Assembly: GCF_021028975.2 (NCBI RefSeq)
Contig: NC_059432.1
Span: 62,000,001 to 62,064,000, forward strand
Direction: 5' to 3'
Length of the DNA stretch: 64,000 bases
Source of the DNA: Sphaerodactylus townsendi
Lineage: Eukaryota
The notes under the pieces were generated by a model that saw only the letters and a list, made by a program, of their open reading frames with translations, had not been told where the DNA came from and ran no database searches. Position numbers and translations under genes: made by a program. Positions within the stretch are counted from its first letter, which is position 1. Every line of letters starts with the position of its first letter. This document shows positions 51,600-62,417 of the stretch, one piece after another.

Positions 51600-54487
51600 T
51601 TAATACTCACTGGTAAACAGTCATAATTCCTTGACTATGTGTGCAAGTACCATTTTGGTCACACAATATTGAATCCATGTGCAGGGGCATTTATGACCCT
51701 GAATAAGAAATCTATTTTACATGTCACTCATTTCATTTTTCCCCACCCATATTCATTGATGTCATGGTCTTATAAGTTAAATTTGAAGGATGTTGTGCTT
51801 CCTACATTGAATAGAATTCTGCTGAACCTTGCTGAGTTAAGAAATCATAAGATCTGTACTGCTTCCTCATTACTGCTGAAGAAGCAAATTCAAGAATCTG
51901 AAAAAAAACAATTTTATTCTAGATTTGTCAAGCCTAGAAGATGGCTCAGCCTATCTAGCTACATGGATCCACACAGGTAACACAGTAACATCAAGACTCA
52001 ACTATTTTAATGCATTTTCTAAGGGTCTGCACTCAAAGACAACTTGGAGACTGTTAGTACAGATGTTACACTCAGTTATTATCAGAAGCTAGACAGTGCA
52101 TCCATATTACACCCGTGCTGCAGTTGATGCATTGGCTTCCTATCAGTTACCAGACTAAATTCAAGGTCCTGGCTATCACATCTGAAACCTTGGATTGTCA
52201 TATCTGAAGAACCTGCTCTCCCCCGTTCCTCTCCATGACAACTTTGCTTATCTGAGCAGAGCTTTCTTCAGGTATCACCCTGCAAATGAGTGAGATCAGC
52301 AACTGCATTCTCTGTTGGGGCTGTCATCATATGAACTGACCTTCCAGAGAAGGTTAGGAAGGCACCTATATTTAAAACAAAATAATTCAGGCAGAAGGCC
52401 TATATTATGATGCAATGTTTCAAAAAGGTGATTTAATAATGAGGTAATCAAGACTGTGGGCTCTTTTCAGCTACGCTATTACCGTAGCATATCAACCAAT
52501 CACATCTACGCATGCTTAACCTGCGGCGAAATCATGAGAATACTTAAAACCGGAGACTGGAAGTTGTGAACAAGATATCAGGAATCTTTCTACAAACCTG
52601 AAACGTACTTTTGTGGAGGATTACGAAGAAAGAATTTGAAATCTTATGTAATATTTAAAAAAGGCTTCAAAATCAGCCAAAAAGAGTCCCTCGCAGCTTT
52701 AAGAAATAATGCCTACCGTGACTTATTGTTAGGCAGCCATTGCAACAGTTTTGCCAACATTCCAGACTTGCGGCACTGCTGCCGGGGCCAATAAACAGCG
52801 CTTCTCTAGGGACGGCAAAAACGCTGTCCCTAGGGAGCTGTTTGAGAGAGGCGACCAATGCATCGTTAGCAGCGCCGCCTTAAACTCCCCAGCCGGTCTT
52901 GAAACCCCACAGCTGTTTTAGGAAACATGCGGCTTCTGGCAGCGGGTGGGAAGAAGCCGCCATCCCCTTTCCCAAGCTGTGCCTTACCGTAGGTTCTCTG
53001 GCGACTCCGATTGGCAGAGTCACATTGCAGCGCTTCAGGGGACACGCCCTTCCCGGTACTTCCTCGGTTAACCGACGCAGGGCAGGGAGGCGTGTCCAAC
53101 CTGGCCTGTCGTGACGAGTCGGAGGCCGGATGGCATGCAAGGCATTTGGGGAAAGGGGGGACTGGCGCCTTCCACCCGCCGTCGGAAGCCGCTGTTTCTT
53201 AAAACCAAGCGGACTTTGCACCGCTGGGGGAAAGCTGAAGGAAAAAGGCTGCTGCTGCCATGCAGCTGCACTTCTCGCAAACAGCCCCTAGGGACAGCGT
53301 TTTTGCCGTCCCTAGGGCGCTGTTATTGGCCTGTGCAGAAAGGGCCAAAGTCTGGAATGTTGGCAAAACTGTTGTGGTTGCCTAACAATAGTCACGGAGG
53401 GCATTATTTCTTAAAGCTGCAGGGACTCTTTTTATTATTTTGGGTTTTTTAAATATACATAAGATTTCAAATTTTTCTTCAGACCTGGGGCATTTTTCAG
53501 GTTTGTAGAAAGATCTGATGTCTGTTCACAACTTCAGTCTCCGGTTTTAAGTATTCTCAGATTTGGCCAGGTTAAGAATTAGATGTATTGGTTGATATAC
53601 TACATGTAGCGTAGTAGTACAGCCCACAGTCTTATTACCTTTATTAAATCACCTTTTTGAAACATTGCATCATAATATAGGCCTTCTGCCTGAATTATTT
53701 TGTTTTAAACTATAGGAGCTGCCTTCTAATAACCTTGCTGGAAGGTCAGTTCATATGATGACAGCCCCAACAGAGAATGCAGTTGCTGATCTCACTCATT
53801 TGCAGGGTGATACCTGAAGAAAGCTCTGCTCAGATAAGCAAAGTTGTCATGGAGAGGAACGGGGGAGAGCAGGTTCTTCAGATATGACAATCCAAGGTTT
53901 CAGATGTGATAGCCAGGACCTTGAATTTAGTCTGGTAACTGATAGGAAGCCAATGCATCAACTGCAGCACGGGTGTAATATGGATGCACTGTCTAGCTTC
54001 TGATAATAACTGAGTGTAACATCTGTACTAACAGTCTCCAAGTTGTCTTTGAGTGCAGACCCTTAGAAAATGCATTAAAATAGTTGAGTCTTGATGTTAC
54101 TGTGTTACCTGTGTGGATCCATGTAGCTAGATAGGCTGAGCCATCTTCTAGGCTTGACAAATCTAGAATAAAATTGTTTTTTTTCAGATTCTTGAATTTG
54201 CTTCTTCAGCAGTAATGAGGAAGCAGTACAGATCTTATGATTTCTTAACTCAGCAAGGTTCAGCAGAATTCTATCCAATGTAGGAAGCACAACATCCTTC
54301 AAATTTAACTTATAAGACCATGACATTAATGAATATGGGTGGGGAAAAATGAATGAGTGACATGTAAAATAGATGTCTTATTCAGGGTCATAAATGCCCC
54401 TGCACATTGATTCAATATTGTGTGACTAAAAAACGGCACTTACATTACGGTCATGGAATTATGACTGCTTCTTACTAGTGAGTATTT
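51600..54487. repeat. ~2.9 kb palindrome: ~1.2 kb near-identical inverted arms around a palindromic MITE (about 52785-53346), centre about 53069
   Basis: ORF 54105-54326(-) repeats the last 73 aa of ORF 51639-51980(+) with one substitution; centre CGGTTAACCG. Confidence 0.92.
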
Positions 54488-55395
54488 ATGCTCGCCGTCT
54501 TCCTGACCACAACCGGGACCGCTCGTAAACGGAATCACTGCCCGGGGGGGTTGGGTCGGCGTCATGTACGCCAACCCAACCCTCAGCGTGGCCGTGCGGA
54601 AACGGCCCTAGTTTCTGTCAGTAAAAGGTAAGGGATGATGGCAGGGTCTTTTCCAAGGCTATTTTGGTTTTTGAGGGAGAACTCATCAGCATACCACCTG
54701 AGCCTGGCAGCAACCACTAGATTACTTGATACCACATGACTTGCATGATTTACCCAGGCCTGGTTGCTTGATACTGTTGAACAGCAGCCACCCCACAAAA
54801 GTCAGAGTTGTTTAGTGACTGGAGTTAGTGGTGGGATTCAGCAGGTTCACACCACTTTGGCAGAACTGGTTGTTAAAATGGTGCTTGTAAACAACCAGTT
54901 GTTAAATTATTTGAATCCCACCACCAGAACTGGTTGTTAAATTATTTGAATCCCACCATGTAGAAGACACAAATTCAAATCCCCACTCTGCCATGGAAGT
55001 TTGCTAGGTGGCCTTGGGACAGTCACATTCACACACTATTTCATAGCATCCCTGTAAAGTAATGTAACTTACCTTCCAAAGGTGGGGTAGTGGGGTGGTG
55101 GTTTGGAAATAAAATGGAAGAGAATCACGTAGCTACTTTGTATTCCCATTGTTGCAAAAGGTGGGGTAGATAAACAATACACATAGTTGAATGTGGGTGG
55201 TAGTCAAAAAGTAGGTTGGTTGGTTTGTAGGTATGAAGGAGAGGAGGAAGCAGGGAAAGGTAAAGATATGGGGATTGCCAGGAGAAGGAAAAGAGAAAAT
55301 AGTGGGGAAGGGGATGGCCGCTTTACTGCGTGATCTATGTGAGTGAATTCGCCTCTGCTTATCAATATATCTAATTATTAATCTGGCCATCAATA

Positions 55396-55404
55396 TCAAG
55401 GTCA
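55396..55404 (+). promoter_or_regulatory. SF-1/NR5A1 (Ad4) consensus TCAAGGTCA upstream of CYP17A1
   Basis: Exact consensus 450 bp upstream of the ATG of a known SF-1 target gene. Confidence 0.6.
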
Positions 55405-55629
55405 TTATACAGAATCTATTTTTAGGCTTGTTTGGCATTGTATTATTTTATAAGAATGAATAAAGAATATCCAATTAGCTTTAATATTCTACTGTAAGGA
55501 AAACTCTCCAATACTGTGTGTTATTTCTTAAATCAAAGTATATTCCCAAAATATAGCAAACTTTTGATGTTTTATTTGGTTCATCTGTCCCTGCTGCTGC
55601 CTCTTGCTCTTTCTGGAAGAAGTTGTTGC

Positions 55630-55756
55630 CTCTTATCTGTGCTGAAGTTATCCACCGCCAGCTGTTGATAAAAAATAGTGAAGATTTATCATACCTGTAG
55701 CTGCAAGGAAGAAACAAGCGCAAAGATGAGTGAAGTCATGGCTGCCTTTATAAGAG
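55630..55756 (+). promoter_or_regulatory. CYP17A1 proximal promoter: GATA sites (55633, 55666, 55686) and TATA box TTTATAAG (55747-55754)
   Basis: Motif matches at the expected distance from ATG 55846. Confidence 0.6.
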
Positions 55757-55845
55757 CCCAGGCTCTGGATGTTCCAGGGAGATTTTTAAAACCCAGTCTG
55801 AGGTGCTGGATCTTAACCAAGCACCAGGCAAATCAAAAGACAACC

Positions 55846-56154
55846 ATGGTCCTTCTGGTTGCCTTGCTCTTGCTGCTGGCTCTCCTGTCTTTCTGGAGGG
55901 TGGCAAGAGAGCTACTGGAATTTTAGTTCAAACTGCCCCAAGGGCCATAGCCCTCACTACCAATAATTGGCAGTCTGTTGCATTTAATAGGACGTCCCCA
56001 ACTCCACCTCTTTTTTTGCAAACTGCAACAGAAGTATGGTACTCTCTATGCTCTTTATATGGGTTCCCACTACGTGGTGGTGGTCAACAACTACATCCAT
56101 GCCAAGGAAGTGCTGCTTAAAGAAGAGGAGAATCTGGCTGGAATATCTGATACG
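55846..56154 (+). CDS. CYP17A1: Steroid 17-alpha-hydroxylase/17,20 lyase exon 1, disrupted as assembled (TAG at 55924 and 55948; GA instead of GT donor)
   Basis: Signal anchor MVLLVALLLLLALLSFW, then PSLPIIGSLLHL, PQLHL, LQQKYG, MGSHYVVVVN, HAKEVLLK, matching sauropsid CYP17A1; synteny with BORCS7. Confidence 0.85.
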
Positions 56155-57073
56155 GAAAACAGGCTTTTCAGGTGTCTGCCTAGAGCTAGGTCATAAAATT
56201 TAGTGATTAGAGCAAAAGCTATGAGAAAAGAAGAACAGAGAGTGATTCCACTCATAGGGCAAGACCAGAACAGTGAAACACACCTAAAAACTAAACTCTA
56301 TGATACTTCAATCAGATATTTTTGGGGAGGAGAGGTGAAGCATGTTAAGGAGTGGTGAAATCCAATATTAGAGGAGCAAAGATGCATATACATATAAATA
56401 AATTACAAAATGGGGTTAATTCGTTTAATTAAAATTCTTAGAGGCTTTACAATCACGACTTCGGTAGAGTTACTGCAGTCTAAGCTCACTGATTTTAATT
56501 ACCTTACATCAGAATAACGCTGCATAGAATTGCACTATTAATTACTATGACGCCTGATCCACATTCAGCTCCAGTTGTAGCAATTAGGCTTGTTATATTG
56601 CCGTATAGAGGCAACGATTAAAAAGAGCGCATCTTTATCCATTCGGTGGGCTTCAGTAAAACTTTACAAAAGGAAGGATTTAGATGCGACTTGCATATGC
56701 AAACTGCATATGTGAAATCTTGCTTCCAAGGCAAATGTTCTTTGCTGGGCATGATACTTTAGCACAAACCCGCTTTCAATGCTGAGAACAGCTCCTTTTT
56801 TGATAGCATAAATATTTCTCCTTCCTGTTTTGAACTATATAGCTTGGATATTTGACGTCAAGGAAGAGATTTTTATAAATATGGGTTCATCAGAACAGGT
56901 TCAGAAGTACTGTAGAAATAACAATAAAATATGAAAAATATGTAAGCAGTAGATGCTATGCCAATAACAACTGACTGACTGACATTATTTGTTTCAAAAA
57001 GGTGATACAGAGAAAGCAGAATTTTTTAGCAGTAGATATGGACATATAGAAATGCCTGTTATTAAGAGAGGAT

Positions 57074-59118
57074 TTTTTTTAAATAATTTTTTTATTGTAT
57101 AGAGTACTAATACATTTGTTACATTTACTGGCCTTCTTCCATCTATACATTTTTTCCATTTTTCCCCCCTCCCCCCTTCTTTCCTATGAATTATTTCATG
57201 CCAAGCGGTAGGAGGTTTAATTCCTTCGCCTTCTCCTATTCCGTAACTCAGACGTTAAATCCGGGCATCATACCGTCCACATTTTCAAACACTCATCCAT
57301 ATCTTTAGCGATATCTTCTATTTTATAACTCCACCAAAATATTTTTGTCCAGATCTCAAATATCTCTAGCTGTATTTGTTTATATATATTCCAAGCCATT
57401 TTGAAACTGTCCATTTTTTATTATCTTTTCCAAAGCCCGTAACTCTTAATTATTGCTGCTCTAATCATTCTTTTATACATTGGTTCCAGGATTCTATTCA
57501 CTCTGATATGATCTATTATCCCCACAATTAATAATTCTTTATTTACATCCATTTTTTACTTTTACCAATAGTCTGCATATTTTAAAATCTTCTCACAAAC
57601 TTTTTCACTACTTTACAGTATCTATCCACATATGTACTTCATCATGCTCCTCTTTCTCCACAATGCTCAGCTTGCACTTTGGGCTTAATCCTTTGATCAT
57701 ATGAACTAGCTCGAGGGTAGGGAACCTAGAGAGCTCTCCAGATGTTCAGGAACTACAATTCCCATAAGCCCCTAAATAATGGAGAAATGGCCATGCTGAC
57801 AGAGCCTTCGATGGGAATGCTGGATTCCCTGAATTTATCTGGAGAGAAACTTCAATTCCCTACCCCTGGGCTAGCTAATAATAAATAAGGAGTTCTATAC
57901 CATTTAAGTATGAACCTTTCTTTCTAGTTCCACATATTTTTCAATCACCTCTTCTTCATACTGTCCATTATTTCTTTCCTATTTTTTCTTCCTTCTAAGA
58001 GTGTCTCTTTCCCATGTTTGTCTTCAGCGTTCTTATCGCCAGTTCTTTATCCTCTACCATGTACTTATGAAGCTTCTCCTATAAATCTTCCTTTTCTTGT
58101 TGTTTCATGAAGTCTTAGCCATTGATTTGTTATACATTCACCTTTTATTCCTATATTTCCTTAATTTTCCCTGCTTAACCCTCTTATTGCCAGCGACTAA
58201 TTCTCTCCCCCCCCCCAATTCTATTAGGTTTTGTATTAGTATACATTTCTCCTTTATGAATTCAGTCAGATGCTTTATGTATGCTTCCTTCTTTCAGTTT
58301 TCTGTATAATTTTTTTCACCTTCTATTCCCAGTCACAGCTTGCCACTGGGAATATATCCAGAATGCCAGGCCATCCATTTACTTCTTAATTTTTCTAAAA
58401 TATCCCATATTCACTTTTCTTGGGCCTATTACTCTATGTTTTACATTTTTATAATCATTTCCTTCAAGCCGCCATGATTACCTATTCCATTGATATACTT
58501 CTTTTTCAAGAATTTTAAATCATTTTGAGGGTATTATATTAACTAATATCCTAATAAGCTCTTTATCTGGAATCACTATCCATATCAATCTCTCGGAGTT
58601 TTGGGTATTCCACAACCACAGAGATCATTTGTATATATACCTATTTTCATTCATCACTCTCGCATTGTGCACATAATTAAAATACCCATGGCCTTTCCAC
58701 ATTTTCCTATCCCATTCCTTCATTTGTTTTTTAACTTAATTTCGTTGGTAATATTTCAAATGAATAAGAGATTTGAGGCAATATACACATCTTTACTGCT
58801 TTGCTTTATCTTCTACGTTATAGATATGGTTCTTGCTTCCCAACGCATCTCGATTTTGGATGCTTTTCCATCTATTTTCATAGTCTCGCCCTATGCATCT
58901 TATCTTTTCTGGTAGAATTGCTTGAATTCCTAAATATTTAATTTTCTTCTTTAATATTTCTTTATTAAATTGTTTCTTTTCTATATTCACCCCTAATATT
59001 TCTGTCTTGTCCATATTCACTGTTAACCCTGAATATTTCTTTAAATCCTCTAAAATTATTTTTAACTCTTTCATTGTATCCTCAGGATTAGTTGTTATCA
59101 ATAATACGTCATCTGCAA
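57074..59118 (-). mobile_element. 5'-truncated L1-type LINE with 13-bp TSD, antisense in CYP17A1 intron 1, with a nested hAT-like MITE (about 57712-57868)
   Basis: FADDVLL...KYSGLTVNMDKTE...IKYLGI; A-rich tail; TSD ATTAAGAGAGGAT at 57061-57073 and 59119-59131. Confidence 0.85.
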
Positions 59119-60615
59119 ATTAAGAGAGGATGTTCACTTCCCTGGACTTTGTATTTTATAACATCTCCTATGAGATTGCAGTCCTATGCAGTGTTACTCT
59201 AGTGTAAGCAAAATGAAAATCAGTGGGCCTTAAATTGGAGTAACTGCATAGAAGTGCGCTGTGAACCATTTCAGTGTGACTCCCAGGAAGAACTCATGCA
59301 TGAAATTGTCCTACAGTGATACAAATTTTGGATAGAAATCCCTACCACCACCAATATGCATAATGACTAGTAAAGTGCAGCCTGAGTCTTGTTGCCAGAA
59401 CACAGTGCAGCTACTAGAGTAATTACTTTTGCCACACTTCATGAGTGGTTGTGCATAGTTCAAATGGTCAAGAGATAACCCTTGCTTTCTGTTGAAATCT
59501 GATCCCTTGCTTGATACAGAGCATATGTAGTTTCTTATATACTATAATGAAGTATTCTGCTTGTCTTACTAATAATTAATACATGTTTGCCAGTTCTGTG
59601 TCCTGCATGGGAAGGTAGATCATCTAATCTTGCACATGACCTATAGGACAAGACCAATGATCTTTAAACATCTCTGGAAGACGTTCATCTAATCTTATGT
59701 TTGCAAAATGAGCTGGCACTGCAGGTTCCACATTCCACTTTGCCTTGCTGATAAGGGCATAACAGTTCATACTGTTAGATTTTTTAAAAGTATGTAAATC
59801 CAAATTCAAGTATCATCAAACAACACCAACAAAAAGAAAAATATACTAAATGTGTCCTCAACGATAGAAAGGAGGGACAACAGTATATAAGTACCTACCA
59901 TGTTCACAACTGACTGCAGCCATTTCCCAGGTGGCACTAAGCAGTTCAGCAGGGTATAATGTCATAGAGAAACCCCTCCAAAGTAGCCATTTTCTCCAGA
60001 GGAACTTATCTCTGCAGTCTGGAGTACAATTGTAATTCCAGGAGATCTCCAGGCCTTACCTGCAGTGACTAGACAGGGTGGTTGAGCAGCAGTGGGTACT
60101 GCCAGAAGCCCTGGGTACTGTCCCACCTTAGGGTAAGCTGATGCCAGTCCTGCTGAAAGAAAAATAGCAGTCCCATGGAGCATTTTGTGATTGGATTGTC
60201 TGTAAAAACTGAGTGAATGAATCATGTCATTCGTGAGAAATGAGAAACAAATGAAGTGTTGCCAAAGTTATTAATATGGATTGGAATGAAGATCTTGTAT
60301 CTTCTCTGAAAGAAGGAGAGGGACTCTACCCTGTTGGCTGAGTTTCTCCATGCTGAACATACAAAGACTTACATATATTTTGAACACATCTTCATTATGT
60401 TGCTTTTATGAGTAGCTGTTAGGTATGAGATAGATTTTTAAAAGGCCAATTTAATCAATTGCATATTTGTTCCCCCTGCAATTGTGTGAGTGTGTGTGTT
60501 CTCATTCAAAGTACTGGTATATTCAAACCATGTGATGCCCCGGCCTGTTGCATCATGAGGTATTTTGGAAAAGAGAATGCAAAGTTCTAAAGCCTTTTTT
60601 CCCTGATGATCCAAG

Positions 60616-60754
60616 GTGACCACAGATTTGCTGACACGGAATGGGAAAGACATTGCCTTCGCCTCTTATAGTCCTCTGTGGAAATTTCAGCGCAAGTTAG
60701 TGCATTCTGCACTTTCCATGTTTGGAGAAGGCGCTGAGCTCCTGGAAAGCATCA
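60616..60754 (+). CDS. CYP17A1: CYP17A1 exon 2: [46 protein letters not shown]
   Basis: 139 nt, aag|GTG and A|gtaagt; intact; exon 3 not found in the window. Confidence 0.95.
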
Positions 60755-62109
60755 GTAAGTGCCTCCAACACAGTGTTGGGTTAGCTTCCAAGACAATAGC
60801 AGCAAGACTGTGGGGGGAAGGGGGAGATGGGGAAAAGATCCTGGTAATGATGCTTGCATCCAAACTTAAAGACAAAGCAGTAATAACTGTACTATAGATT
60901 ATCTTATCTTTGGGTAAAGACAGATATAACATTTTAAGTTCTTTTCAGCACAGAATTCCTGCATTTTCCACACAGTTTCTATGTTTGTGCATGTCAATTA
61001 CTTTAGATGTCATACTCAAACCATATGATCTATGAATGATTCAGTTCTAGTCAATCTCTTCTCCTTGTATGCTCGGAGTCAATGAATTATTTATTGATTA
61101 TAGTTAGACATTATACCAAAAGCAACAAGCTGTAGTTTGCAATTCAGATCATGCATTTGGCATCATGGTTTACAGATGAACAAATCACAGTTTGCCAGTT
61201 TACTTATATCAGAAATCACTGATTGGATTGTAAACACATGTGGCAAGGAAAAAGGCAAAAACGTACAAGCACAGGACTTGTTCATGACATGCCAAACTAT
61301 GTTTCTGCACTGAACTAAACCTGACAAGTGATTGTCACCTTTCGGTACAATATTATTTACATTGCTTAGAGTGCAGTTGTACAATCTAGTGAGAGAATTA
61401 CAGAACACATAGGGCTGTTCAGGAGCAACTAGGCTGTTCTTGGGCAAAAAGGAATCACCTTCACTAAGTCCATCCTTCTAACGATTTCTGGTAGAAACAT
61501 GCACAACTGCAACTTTCACAGTAAGCAATCACAGTTGCTTTTAAGTATTTTCAATTGTCTTATATTCTTATTGCAGAGACTATTAGGATTAAGCTGGTGA
61601 ATTTGAATAGTTGTGTGATGGGATTGACTATTATTTTTTTTGAAAAGTCAAGAAATTCCAGGAGTGTTGCCATATCCAGGTTGAGAAACTCCTGGAGATT
61701 TGGGGGCAGTGGTGTAGCTAGGGAAAATGGAGCCCAGGACAGAATCTGAGTTTTGCGCCCCCCCTCCCAATATGGGCAGCGTTCCTCCCCCACCATGACC
61801 AAACAACATTTTTTTGCACCAGGTCATCTCAAAGTCACCATCACATTATAGAACATGCCCCAACACACAAATCTAAACACACCCAGGGCTCCCTAGTTTA
61901 AACAACATTGAAAGTGATGCTATTTTTTGAAGGGGGGGAATCCACCCTGAAACAGCATCACTTTTAATGTTGTTTAAACTAGACAGCCCAGATTCTCCTT
62001 TTAAATCCACCTTAAAGAGAGACTCTGGGCTCCCTAGTTTAAACATCATTGAAAGTGATGCTGTTTCAGGGTAGATTTCCCAGCCATCCACCCCAAACAG
62101 CATCATTGT

Positions 62110-62417
62110 CAACCTGTTGGTTGTTAATGGGTTTTCTGGAGCTGCATGGTTTGTGGTCTGGTAGATCTCTTGTTCCTAATGTTTCACCTGCATCTGTAGG
62201 CTGAGTATACTTCAGAGGTGTATCACAGAGAGAAGTCTGTTATACACTGTGTCCAGACTTCTCTTATAACAGACTTCTCTCTGTGATACACCTCTGAAGA
62301 TGCCAGCCACAGTTGCAGGTGAAACGTTAGGAACAAAATCTACCAGACCACGGCCACATAGCCTGTAAAACCCACAACAACCAGTTGAATCTGGTTGTGA
62401 AAGTCTTCAACAATACT
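62110..62417 (+). mobile_element. Penelope-like terminus, tail-to-tail inverted pseudo-LTRs
   Basis: 35-bp perfect inverted repeat (62210-62244 vs 62265-62299); same family as 14779-15200. Confidence 0.8.
62291..62331 (+). ncRNA. Minimal type I hammerhead ribozyme motif (Penelope-associated)
   Basis: CCT-CTGAAGA-T-GCC-loop-GGT-GAAAC-GTT-AGG: intact CUGANGA/GAAA core, helix I CCU/AGG, palindromic AACGUU helix III. Confidence 0.6.

Noticed and set aside
51639-54326. Two ORFs with the same peptide, suggesting a duplicated gene
   Set aside because: A consequence of the inverted repeat; no homology or splice structure
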